A stretch of DNA of 64,000 nt from an uncultured Algimonas sp. (GTDB taxonomy: Bacteria; Pseudomonadota; Alphaproteobacteria; Caulobacterales; Maricaulaceae), in assembly GCF_947498175.1 (NCBI RefSeq), contig NZ_CANMJB010000008.1, positions 6,234-70,233 on the forward strand. Direction: 5' to 3'. Shown here in pieces: positions 55,613 through 64,000 of the stretch. The notes beneath the pieces are model-generated. The model saw nothing but the letters and a program-made list of their open reading frames with translations. It was not told where the DNA came from and searched no databases. Made by a program: the position numbers and the translations under genes. Numbering within the stretch: position 1 is the stretch's first letter; every line of letters begins with the position of its first letter.

Positions 55613-56572
55613 ATGGATCCGTCTGCGCATATCGAACTTCCGTTGAGCGGATTGCGGATTGGGCATGCCCATGACCCTGTCGTTCGAACGGGCGTCACGG
55701 TCGTCGTTCCGGATCGGCCGGCTGTCTGTGCGGTCGATATTCGCGGCGGAGGCCCTGGCACGCGCGAGACCGATACGCTCGCCTTGGGCGGACTGATCGA
55801 AAGGGTTCATGCCATCGTTCTTGCGGGCGGATCCGTATACGGCTTGGCGGCCGCCGATGCCGTCTGTCGCGATCTCGGTGCACGGGGCATCGGCTTCGTA
55901 GCCGGGCCGCCGCCCGTGCCTGTCTCGCCGATCGTGCCCGCTGCCATTTTGTTCGATAATGCCAATGGCGGCGACAAAGACTGGGGTGCCGCACCTCCTT
56001 TTCGCGCGCTTGGCCATGACGCGCTGGATACCGCATCGCGCATGACAGGAGAGGGGTCGGTCGGTGCTGGTTACGGTGCGACGGCCGGTATCTACAGAGG
56101 TGGTTTTGGAATCGCATCGGAAACGGTCGGACAGGTGACCGTCTGTGCAATGATTGCAGCCAATCCTGTCGGCTCGCCCTTCCTACCGGGGACACGTGTC
56201 CCGCATGCCTGGATCTACGAGTGCGATAATGAGTTCGGCGGGATCCGCCCACCGGACGATTACCAATGGACGCCTCCGCAAGACACGAAGCTCGCGCGCT
56301 TCGCCCAAGCCGGCCGAAATACCGTCATCGGCGTTGTCGCCACCGATGCGGCTCTGTCACCATCCGATCTGAAACGCTTGGCAATCATGGCTCAAGACGG
56401 CTTGGCCCTATCCGTCCAGCCTTCGCACACGCCCTTGGACGGCGACACTCTTTTCGCCCTTTCGCTTGAGGTGAAGGAAATCGAAACCCCCGCTACTCTC
56501 TCCCTCCTCGGCGCTGCTGCAGCCCGAACAGTCGCCCGTGCCCTGACGAGAGGCGTGCTCGCCGCCGGATAG
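55613..56572 (+). CDS. P1/S58-family (DmpA-like) aminopeptidase
   Basis: Preferred start is ATG 55613. GLRIGHAHD, TGVTVVVP, VDIRGGGPGTRETD and HAIVLAGGSVYGLAAADAV resemble the DmpA/BapA Ntn-hydrolase family. Confidence 0.85.
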   Translation: MDPSAHIELPLSGLRIGHAHDPVVRTGVTVVVPDRPAVCAVDIRGGGPGTRETDTLALGGLIERVHAIVLAGGSVYGLAAADAVCRDLGARGIGFVAGPPPVPVSPIVPAAILFDNANGGDKDWGAAPPFRALGHDALDTASRMTGEGSVGAGYGATAGIYRGGFGIASETVGQVTVCAMIAANPVGSPFLPGTRVPHAWIYECDNEFGGIRPPDDYQWTPPQDTKLARFAQAGRNTVIGVVATDAALSPSDLKRLAIMAQDGLALSVQPSHTPLDGDTLFALSLEVKEIETPATLSLLGAAAARTVARALTRGVLAAG

Positions 56573-56890
56573 CATTCCCCAACGCTGAAGTTTGCTGATG
56601 ATTGATTTCACAAAAGTGCCAACCGGAACTACAAGGCTCTGAAAGATAAGGGTTCTGGTTTCACTTCCATTACAAGGCAAACAAAAGCACGCACAACGTC
56701 TTGTAAATCACTCGATTGCCGGAGCACTTACATCAAGCGCACGCCCGGTTAGCCAAGATATGGCAATACATCGTTAAATGCTATGATCGTCATGCTGACA
56801 TCGTTAAGACCGACATCACGATTACTGCCGTCGCAACGAACACAATTTTTGAATCTTGCTATTCATACATTACGGCGTTTAACTGCCGTC

Positions 56891-58132
56891 ATGATGATGA
56901 CACGCCGCAGGAAACTGTTTTTGTTGGTATCTGCCTTAGGTGGGTCCTTTGGGGCATCGAGTCTGTCTGCCTGTACCACTCGGGGCACGGCATTCTCCAA
57001 GACCGTCGACGACATTCCGGGTCTGGACCCGCTAGGTGGTTATGGCATCATTGCCGTCAGGAACGGCAAGCGCGTCCTCGAACGCGTCGGCGGGTTCGCC
57101 GGAGGTCTTGATGCGAGTGAGAACGCCCCCAAACGTCCCTTTACCGCAAATTCTCCCTTTCGCGTCGCATCCATTTCCAAGGTGACGGCACTGCTCACGG
57201 CCCATGCCCTTCACGATACAGGCCAACTCGATCTCGACGATGATATCGGCCGAGCCATAGGCTTGCCGCTCAGACATCCGGATCATCCGGATGTGCCCGT
57301 CACACTGCGCAAGGTCCTGTCGCACCGGTCGGGCATTTCCGACCCGGAGGTCTATTGGACGGAACCGTCCGGCGACATTCGCGAGCTGCTCTCGCCCGAT
57401 ATGTTCAAGGGCGGAAAGCCAGGGGAGAGTTTCGAATATGCCAATATCAATTACGGCATCGCTGCGACGGTGATGGAAGTCGAGACGGGTGAGCGTTTTG
57501 ACGTTCTGACTAAGCGCTACGTCCTGGCGCCTCTGGGTCTGGACGCCGGTTTCAACTGGGCAGGTGTGAGCCAAGCAAAGCGCCGCAAAGGCGCGACGCT
57601 TTACCGCGAGGTGGACGGGGCGATGACAATCCAGACCGACGGCCCAAAGACGTTGAACGATAGCGGGCCCGTTCTCTATGGCGACGACCCCGACTTCACA
57701 CTGAGCGGTTACAAGCCTGGCACGAATGGCACCTTGCTCTCTCCGCAAGGCGGTCTCCGCGCCAGTCTTGAAGACCTCCTGGTCATCGCCGAATCGCTCG
57801 CCAACCACCCTGAGTTACACCAAGCCGATTGGATCTACGATGGACACAACGGCGCGGCAGATAACGGTCACTTCGTCAGCTTTGGGCCTGGCCTTTATGT
57901 CTATCCGCCAGACCTATCGCCCATTCCGGGGCAGCTGATGGTCGGCCATCACGGGGAGGCTTACGGCATGTATGGCGGCATGTGGCATCTACCACAGATC
58001 GACGCGCAGATCGTTCACGCCGTGACCGCCACGCCCCAGCCGCCACGTCCGCAGCATGTCGGCCCGCCTGCGATTGCAGCCGAGAGCCGGATATTGCTCA
58101 ACAGGGCCATGCCTGCCTTAGGGCTGAACTGA
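56891..58132 (+). CDS. serine hydrolase (beta-lactamase/D-aminopeptidase-like family), lipoprotein
   Basis: Preferred start is ATG 56891 (MMMTRRRKLFLLVSALGGSFGASSLSAC). SxxK motif in FRVASISKVTALL; later YANINYG (YxN) and HHGEAYG. Confidence 0.82.
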   Translation: MMMTRRRKLFLLVSALGGSFGASSLSACTTRGTAFSKTVDDIPGLDPLGGYGIIAVRNGKRVLERVGGFAGGLDASENAPKRPFTANSPFRVASISKVTALLTAHALHDTGQLDLDDDIGRAIGLPLRHPDHPDVPVTLRKVLSHRSGISDPEVYWTEPSGDIRELLSPDMFKGGKPGESFEYANINYGIAATVMEVETGERFDVLTKRYVLAPLGLDAGFNWAGVSQAKRRKGATLYREVDGAMTIQTDGPKTLNDSGPVLYGDDPDFTLSGYKPGTNGTLLSPQGGLRASLEDLLVIAESLANHPELHQADWIYDGHNGAADNGHFVSFGPGLYVYPPDLSPIPGQLMVGHHGEAYGMYGGMWHLPQIDAQIVHAVTATPQPPRPQHVGPPAIAAESRILLNRAMPALGLN

Positions 58133-58138
58133 AGAGGC

Positions 58139-59704
58139 TCATGCCCTGTCGTTCATATCTAAAGCGGCCCGCAAACGATCAAGCTTGGCACCGTACTTCT
58201 TCCAACGACCGATCCCGTCGGCGTTCAAGGGACGACGCACCTGCACCGAACTGGCACTATCGACAGGCGCCGTGTTTTCGTGGAAGCGCAGGCAAGTTGC
58301 ATTCCATGACAGATCGCAAAAGGCGAGTAGGCGGCGAGTCTGCTCTTCTTGATTAAATACAATATCCTCGTAGTTGATTTCCAGGAAACGATTTGTGGGT
58401 AGGTTGCTGCGCCAATGCGTCATCAACCGGTCGAACTGACGATAATACTGCGCCAAATCCTCAAGATCATAGGCATAATCGTGATCGCGATTATTCAAGG
58501 CGAAAAGCTGACGATAATTGGACAGGCAACTATCCATGGCGTTTCGACGAAGAACGATGATGCGAGCCTGCGGAAGCATGCGGTGAATCAGACCGGCATA
58601 CAGGAAATTATGCGGGGTCTTGTCAATGACATGGGTCCGGGCCGCCGCCCGGTCGTGCCGTTGCGTCATGATATAGTCCGCTGCCTGATCAAGATGCGGC
58701 ATCGAGGCCCGGAAGAGCGTCTCGCGCGTGGGCAGCATGCCGCCCGCTTGCATCGCCTGGCTTATCGCATCCGGAACGATATTCATTTCTCCTATTGAAA
58801 CCACGTCTGGATGCGAGGACAGGATACGGTCGACCAAGGTTGTTCCGGTGCGCGGCAGACCCATGACGAAGACCGGCACTATATTCGTGTCCTGCGATTT
58901 GGGTATTGCAACAGGCTTGAAAGGGACACGGCATGACGCCTCGAAAATCCGGTCTCGGGCCTCGCGATCATGGGCGATCTGTCTGCGTTTGACCGTCTTG
59001 GCCTTTTCGAGCCAGTCGAAGCTTTCTTCGTATTGACCCAGATCTTCGAGCGTTTTGGCGATAGCATGGCCTAGTAGAAGGCGGCTGTCGGCGTCTGCCG
59101 CGCTGGTTTCGAAAAGCGATACCAACGTGTCGAGCTTATGATCATCCGCTGTCTGGGTGCGCAAACCGACGAGCGCATACCAGCCTTCGCAAAACTTCGG
59201 GTTTAGCGAAACCGCTTTCTCGTAGGCTGACGCCGCCTGATCGAAACGTCCGAGGAACTGCGCCGAAACCGCGAGATTGAAATGGAACCCTGCCCAATGC
59301 GGGTCGTGTTCCACGGCGCTCTCGAACAGAGGAAAGGCCAGGTCGTGCCGCCCTGCGCGGCTGTAGACCGACCCAATCAAATCGAGCAGAAAAGCATCGA
59401 CAGTCCCGATGCCGACCGCGATATCGGCGCGGGATTCTGCCGCCGCCTTCTGGCCTGCCGTCATAAGCGCCTTGGCATGATAGGCTTGGAACCGCACATT
59501 GTCCGGAGCGTGTTCCGTCGCCTTCGCAAAAAGCTCGAGCGCCTTTTCGTCTTGTCCGGTCACGGATGCCAACTGACCGAGAAAAAAGAAAGCGAGCGGA
59601 TTTCTTTCATTCTGCCTCAATGCGTCGACCGACCGGGCGTAGAGCGCTTGATGCTGGTTGGAAACCAATAGCTTCATGCCGGTATCGAAAGTGAGATCGG
59701 TCAT
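58139..59704 (-). CDS. TPR-repeat-containing sulfotransferase-family protein
   Basis: N-terminal half has TPR-like repeats. C-terminal half carries a PAPS-binding 5'-PSB-like motif, GLPRTGTTLVDRILSSHP, and later VLRRNAMDSCLS. Start is ATG 59704 or 59767. Confidence 0.82.
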   Translation of the reverse strand: MTDLTFDTGMKLLVSNQHQALYARSVDALRQNERNPLAFFFLGQLASVTGQDEKALELFAKATEHAPDNVRFQAYHAKALMTAGQKAAAESRADIAVGIGTVDAFLLDLIGSVYSRAGRHDLAFPLFESAVEHDPHWAGFHFNLAVSAQFLGRFDQAASAYEKAVSLNPKFCEGWYALVGLRTQTADDHKLDTLVSLFETSAADADSRLLLGHAIAKTLEDLGQYEESFDWLEKAKTVKRRQIAHDREARDRIFEASCRVPFKPVAIPKSQDTNIVPVFVMGLPRTGTTLVDRILSSHPDVVSIGEMNIVPDAISQAMQAGGMLPTRETLFRASMPHLDQAADYIMTQRHDRAAARTHVIDKTPHNFLYAGLIHRMLPQARIIVLRRNAMDSCLSNYRQLFALNNRDHDYAYDLEDLAQYYRQFDRLMTHWRSNLPTNRFLEINYEDIVFNQEEQTRRLLAFCDLSWNATCLRFHENTAPVDSASSVQVRRPLNADGIGRWKKYGAKLDRLRAALDMNDRA

Positions 59705-59847
59705 CGGGCGCAGCTCGTGAAAAGTGTTTGCACTGCTTAACACATCGGACGCAGGCCGGGCAGACAAACTCTCCCAAGCGAGGGAATTCCTTGCAAAACC
59801 GTTCCCAAGACCTGCACTCTCCGGTAATAGAGCGGGAAAGGGGTATT

Positions 59848-61407
59848 ATGGCTGAAAGCTTCGAGTTTCTGGACTGGTTGGTCATCGTCGCATACGCTGC
59901 CTTGCTGTTCGGAATGGGCTGGATGTTCTCCCGCAGAAAGGCCGAAAACTCCCGGGATTATTTCCTCGGCAAAACGGCGATGCCTTATTGGGTCGTGGCG
60001 ATCTCGGTCCTTGCCACATCCCAGTCGGCGGCGACGTTTCTCGGCGGCCCGGACCAAGGTTACCGCAACGACTTCACCTATCTGTCGACCAATATCGGTA
60101 CGCTGATCGCGGCTCTGATTGTGGCCCGGATCTTCATTCCAAAATTCTACGAACACCGCGTCACGACCGTCTATGAGCTGCTGTCCATCCGCTTCAATCC
60201 GGCGACCATGCGCGCCGCTGGCGGTATGTACCTTGTCGGGCGTGTCTTCGCGAGCGGGTCGAGACTGTTCCTCGCCGCGATCGCCGTGTCAATGATCCTG
60301 TTTTCCAATATTGAGGCGAGCAGCATCATTATCGCGGCCTTCCTGATGATGGCGCTAAGTTTCCTCATTACCTTTCTGGGCGGGATTAACTCGGTGATCT
60401 GGAGCGATCTGATCCAGTTTCTGATCTACACCATTGCCGCCCTCTGCGTTCTATATATTCTCTGGGTTTCCATCCCGGCCGATACGACCCAGATATCTGA
60501 CGCGCTTCGTCAGACACCGAATGGGCAGAACAAACTCAAGCTCTTCGACTTCAGTCTGGATTTTTCCGCACCCTTCGCGATGATTTCCGTCATTACGGGC
60601 CTGACACTCCTTGGCATCGGCAGCTTCGGTCTCGATCAGGACATGACGCAACGGGTTTTGACCTGCAAAAATGCCAAGGAAGGCGCGCGTGCTCTGTTGA
60701 TCTCGGCGGTCGTAGCCGTTCCCGTCATCTGGATCTTCATTTCTATCGGTTCGTTGCTCTACATTTTCTATGACCGCCCCGACCTTATGGGTGTGGGAAA
60801 CGCAGCCCGCACGGAATTCGCCGGCGAGCGGATCACCATTTTCATGCACTATATTCTGAGCGAACTTCCTGCTGGAATGCGCGGACTGATCACCGTGGGA
60901 GTAATGGCTGCGGCCATTTCGACCATCAATTCCGGCCTGAACTCCATGTCGTCCGTCATTGTCGAGGATTTCTATCGGCCATGGCGGGAAGCCACGGGCC
61001 AGGTATCGGACAAGCAGTTCGTTAGGGCCGGTCAGATATCGATGGGGCTGGTCGGGCTGGCCTTATTCCTAATGGCGGTGCTGTGTTTCTACTGGCAAAG
61101 ATATTCTGATACGCCGCTTCTGGATTTTGCCTTGTCCGTCATGGTGTTTTCCTATTCGGGACTTTTGGGTGTGTATTTCACCGTCGTGTTCACGCACCGC
61201 GGTTCTCCCACATCCGTAATGCTTGCCCTCGCCATAGGCTTTGTCGTGACGCTGTTGCAGCAAGCCTATATCGTCGATGTGCTCGGCCTGCCGGAGAGCT
61301 GGAAAAGCCTGGCCTTCTCCTGGAAGCTGTGCATCGGAACGGCTGTCGCCTTTTTGGTGTGTCTGGCTGGGAACGATAATCAATTGACCCGGAGAGCCAC
61401 AGAATGA
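59848..61407 (+). CDS. sodium:solute symporter (SSS) family transporter
   Basis: Preferred start is ATG 59848 (MAESFEFLDWLVIVAYAALLFGMGW). About 13 TM helices. Contains ...YFLGKTAMPYWVVAISVLATSQSAATFLGGP.... Confidence 0.9.
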   Translation: MAESFEFLDWLVIVAYAALLFGMGWMFSRRKAENSRDYFLGKTAMPYWVVAISVLATSQSAATFLGGPDQGYRNDFTYLSTNIGTLIAALIVARIFIPKFYEHRVTTVYELLSIRFNPATMRAAGGMYLVGRVFASGSRLFLAAIAVSMILFSNIEASSIIIAAFLMMALSFLITFLGGINSVIWSDLIQFLIYTIAALCVLYILWVSIPADTTQISDALRQTPNGQNKLKLFDFSLDFSAPFAMISVITGLTLLGIGSFGLDQDMTQRVLTCKNAKEGARALLISAVVAVPVIWIFISIGSLLYIFYDRPDLMGVGNAARTEFAGERITIFMHYILSELPAGMRGLITVGVMAAAISTINSGLNSMSSVIVEDFYRPWREATGQVSDKQFVRAGQISMGLVGLALFLMAVLCFYWQRYSDTPLLDFALSVMVFSYSGLLGVYFTVVFTHRGSPTSVMLALAIGFVVTLLQQAYIVDVLGLPESWKSLAFSWKLCIGTAVAFLVCLAGNDNQLTRRATE

Positions 61408-63026
61408 GACCATTATTCACATCGCGTTTGATCTGCATGACTCTGTTTGGGCTCGTGGCTTTGGCACCTGATCGGTTCGCTGCTGCGCAGACCTTTGCTG
61501 TTCCGCAAATCGAAACAGCCACGCCTCACATGGGTCCGGCGCAGATAGAATCGATTGCTAAAGACGCGCTGGCGGCCTTCGACACACCTGGCATGGCCAT
61601 CGGCATCGTCCACAAAGGCAGCGTCCGCTTTTCAGGCGGGGTTGGTCGAAGCAATATCGTCAGCGGGAATGCTGTCACTGATCGGACCCTGTTCCGGGTC
61701 GCCTCCACGACGAAGGCCTTCACCGCCGCCGCGCTCGCCGTGTTGGTCGATGACAGCGTTCTGGACTGGGACGACAAGGTGATCGACTATCTGCCGGACT
61801 TCCGCATGTCCGACCCTTGGGTCACGCGTGAATTCACCATACGCGATCTGTTGACCCATCGCAGCGGCCTCGGTCTTGGTGCGGGAGACCTGATGCTGTG
61901 GCCGGAACCGTCGGGGTTTTCCCGCAAGGAATTGATCCACAATCTGCGTTATCTAAAACCGGTCAGCAGTTTCCGCAGCCAATATGCTTATGACAATCTG
62001 CTCTATATTGTCGCCGGTGAGGTCGCGGCGGCGGCCGCCGATATGTCGTGGGAAGCATTGGTCCAGTCCCGCATTCTCGACCCGCTCGGCATGGGCTGTT
62101 TCGCTGGGGACGTGCCGGCCGATTTGCACGACCGGACGGCGATCCCCTATGCCTTCATCGACGATGCTACGGTGGAAGTGACCCGGAACCGGATCGAGAA
62201 CACGTCCAATATATCGGCCGCGGCTGGGGGTCTGGTCTGCAATGTCGAGGGTATGAACATCTGGATGCTGACGCAACTCTCGGGTGGCCTCGGACCCAAC
62301 GGCACGCGTATCTTCAGCGAAGAGCAACGCGACGAAATGTGGACATCGCAGACGATTCTGCGCGTCGGCCAGACAGAGCGAGAACGCGACGGTACCCATT
62401 TCAAGACCTATGCGCTGGGCTGGCGCAAGGAAGACATGCATGGCTACGAATTGGTATCGCATACAGGCACCTTGTCTGGCTATCAGGCCTATGTTGCACT
62501 AGTGCCGGAACTAGAGCTGGGCGTCGTCATCTTGAATAACGGATCCAATTCCGGAGCCCGATCCTCTCTGATGCAGACTGTGCTGAAGGCGTATATGGGA
62601 GAGCCTTCAGTGGATTGGGTCAGCCGCTTGGCCGAGGCCCAGGCCCTCTGGCGGACGCAAAATGATATTGCGCCCGATGCGGTCAATGACAATGCGGCAG
62701 GCTCCGGTACGGTCGACCGACCGCTCGCCGACTATGCCGGTCTCTACGAGGACCCTTGGTTCGGCAAAGTCGATATCCGCCAGACCGGGAGAGGATTGCG
62801 GTTCCAATCGCGCAAGATGGTCAGGATGGCCGGTACACTAAGCCCGTTTGATATGAACACATTCATCGTGGAGTGGGACGATCCGGAGTTTCGCGCCGAT
62901 GCCTATATGCGGTTTGACACGGATTTCGACGGCGAAATTTCTGGCGCGACCATGGCTCATGTCGATCCCAACGGGGATTGGAGTTTCAATTTCCGCGATC
63001 TAGCCTTTACTCGCATCGAGGATTGA
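61404..63026 (+). CDS. serine hydrolase (class C beta-lactamase-like) with an extra C-terminal beta-rich domain
   Basis: 540 aa. Signal peptide. SxxK in FRVASTTKAFTAAA, YAYDN (YxN) and HTGTLSGY (HxG). The start overlaps the symporter stop as ATGA. Confidence 0.87.
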   Translation: MRPLFTSRLICMTLFGLVALAPDRFAAAQTFAVPQIETATPHMGPAQIESIAKDALAAFDTPGMAIGIVHKGSVRFSGGVGRSNIVSGNAVTDRTLFRVASTTKAFTAAALAVLVDDSVLDWDDKVIDYLPDFRMSDPWVTREFTIRDLLTHRSGLGLGAGDLMLWPEPSGFSRKELIHNLRYLKPVSSFRSQYAYDNLLYIVAGEVAAAAADMSWEALVQSRILDPLGMGCFAGDVPADLHDRTAIPYAFIDDATVEVTRNRIENTSNISAAAGGLVCNVEGMNIWMLTQLSGGLGPNGTRIFSEEQRDEMWTSQTILRVGQTERERDGTHFKTYALGWRKEDMHGYELVSHTGTLSGYQAYVALVPELELGVVILNNGSNSGARSSLMQTVLKAYMGEPSVDWVSRLAEAQALWRTQNDIAPDAVNDNAAGSGTVDRPLADYAGLYEDPWFGKVDIRQTGRGLRFQSRKMVRMAGTLSPFDMNTFIVEWDDPEFRADAYMRFDTDFDGEISGATMAHVDPNGDWSFNFRDLAFTRIED

Positions 63027-63052
63027 ACGGCCCTTTATTCTGGGAGCGAACC

Positions 63053-64000
63053 TCACCGCACTGTCTTGATCGAAAGAATACGATCAACATAAGAATCGGT
63101 CGCATTGAATTCGAGCGGCAGAATGGGCGTGACAGACACGCCGTTCAATGTTCCCGAATAAATTGTGCCGTCGGCACGACGGTACCGCATTCCGTGTACG
63201 TCGTGAATGGCGAAGGGTTCCCCGTCCGATTGACCTAAAATCATCAGCACATGTCCGGGAATATAAACCAGGTCGCCCGGCATCGCTTGTTCCAGTCGGC
63301 GGAGTTTTGCGGCCTCGGCCTCATTCGCCGTGTAGCGCTGATTCACTCCGATCTCGCTGTCACGCTGGTCGCCGGAATTGCGGGGCAGGGTAATTCCGAA
63401 CGTCTTGTAGATCTCCAGCACGAAGCCCGTGCAGTCGCGCCCGTTGAAACGGTGCCCCCAACCATAACGCTCGCCCAGAAACTTGAAGCCTTGCCGAATG
63501 ATGTTGTTCTGCGTGTAAGGCAGATACCCGACATGAACGTCCGCCTTGCGCTGGATGAGTGCATGTTTAAAGCCCAGCGATCCATCGGTCTCGCGTATCG
63601 GCAACAGGACCATGTGATGCAGATAGGGGTTTTGGCCGTACAGATTGTCCTGCAGCGATTCCGGGCGAGACAGGGGAACGCGAACTCCCATGTCGAGGGA
63701 CAGTTCCGAAACGGCGGCGATCTCGGGATTGTAGACAGTCGACACCTTGTCGCCCGTGATCAGCAGAAAACCTTTCGCATCCACATAGTCGAAGACAGGA
63801 CCGCGCGCGGCAATAGCGATGTCCGATAGCCGTACCCAGGCCGTATAGTTGTAGGATTGCACGAGCGCCCATTGCCCGTCGGCGCTTTCATGCAGGACTG
63901 CAACGGGATCGCCGGGGAACAGGATGGACTCCTGGAAACGTTCAATATCGCGGTCGGTCGCATCGTGGCTGAACAGCAAATCGTCTGTAGGATAGGTCCG
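63053..64000 (-). CDS. SH3-domain plus NlpC/P60 (C40) cell-wall peptidase; N-terminus beyond the window end
   Basis: The reading frame stays open to position 64000. SH3-like ...DPVAVLHESADGQWALVQSYNYTAWVRLSDI.... C40 catalytic region DCTGFVLEIYKTFGITLPRNSGDQ...GDLVYIPGHVLMILG. Resembles YkfC-type gamma-D-Glu-diamino-acid endopeptidases. Confidence 0.85.
   Translation of the reverse strand, partial: RTYPTDDLLFSHDATDRDIERFQESILFPGDPVAVLHESADGQWALVQSYNYTAWVRLSDIAIAARGPVFDYVDAKGFLLITGDKVSTVYNPEIAAVSELSLDMGVRVPLSRPESLQDNLYGQNPYLHHMVLLPIRETDGSLGFKHALIQRKADVHVGYLPYTQNNIIRQGFKFLGERYGWGHRFNGRDCTGFVLEIYKTFGITLPRNSGDQRDSEIGVNQRYTANEAEAAKLRRLEQAMPGDLVYIPGHVLMILGQSDGEPFAIHDVHGMRYRRADGTIYSGTLNGVSVTPILPLEFNATDSYVDRILSIKTVR

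Noticed and set aside
1-64000. Mobile elements, prophage genes, defence systems, rRNA/tRNA genes and CRISPR arrays.
   Set aside because: No transposase, integrase, recombinase, phage structural, restriction-modification, toxin-antitoxin or cas-like translation is visible in any frame, and no tRNA cloverleaf or rRNA-like conserved segment was recognised by eye. Dedicated tools (tRNAscan-SE, Infernal, DefenseFinder, ISEScan) should confirm this.

Overview
Hand analysis only; no searches were run. The window looks like a high-GC chromosomal segment of an alphaproteobacterium. Evidence for that: clpS-clpA, cmk-rpsA-ihfB and etfBA synteny, plus families typical of the class (ELM1-like, DUF1489-like, DUF4170-like, TIGR02301-like). 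I call about 62 protein-coding genes. Most are housekeeping or envelope functions: an ABC exporter, PmbA, PanC, ClpS/ClpA, Cmk, S1, IHF-beta, MscL, a class A PBP, TrkH, Hsp33, EtfBA, TrxB and GreA. I found no rRNA, tRNA, CRISPR array, transposase, integrase or recognisable defence genes, and no clear novel multi-gene system. The observations worth a second look are below.

- **Non-coding region (24144..25572):** about 1.4 kb between yaaA and cmk is ORF-poor, very GC-rich and dense in palindromes. It holds a perfect 25-bp inverted repeat, a 14-bp inverted repeat with a nested hairpin, a G-quadruplex motif and a long-range inverted repeat.
- **Tandem repeat (34375..34444):** a 16-bp unit repeated about 4.4 times sits in the promoter region of a cation:proton antiporter.
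- **Candidate sRNA (about 51378..51500, minus strand):** it lies downstream of trxB-lysR, has two hairpins with CU-rich (anti-Shine-Dalgarno-like) loops, and ends in a strong intrinsic terminator.
- **Small accessory insertions:** a membrane-protein gene translationally coupled to clpS splits clpS from clpA. A low-GC islet carries a hydrolase, a DUF2975-like gene and an HTH gene.
- **In-frame fusion:** an inositol-monophosphatase-family gene runs without a stop into a DUF4170-like module.
- **Lower-GC cluster (55.6-64 kb):** peptidases, serine hydrolases, a symporter and an NlpC/P60 gene suggest scavenging of D-amino-acid or cell-wall peptides.

Family names come from recognised motifs and remembered family features, not database hits. 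Many ORF-track starts are over-extended; I give preferred starts where the sequence supports them.
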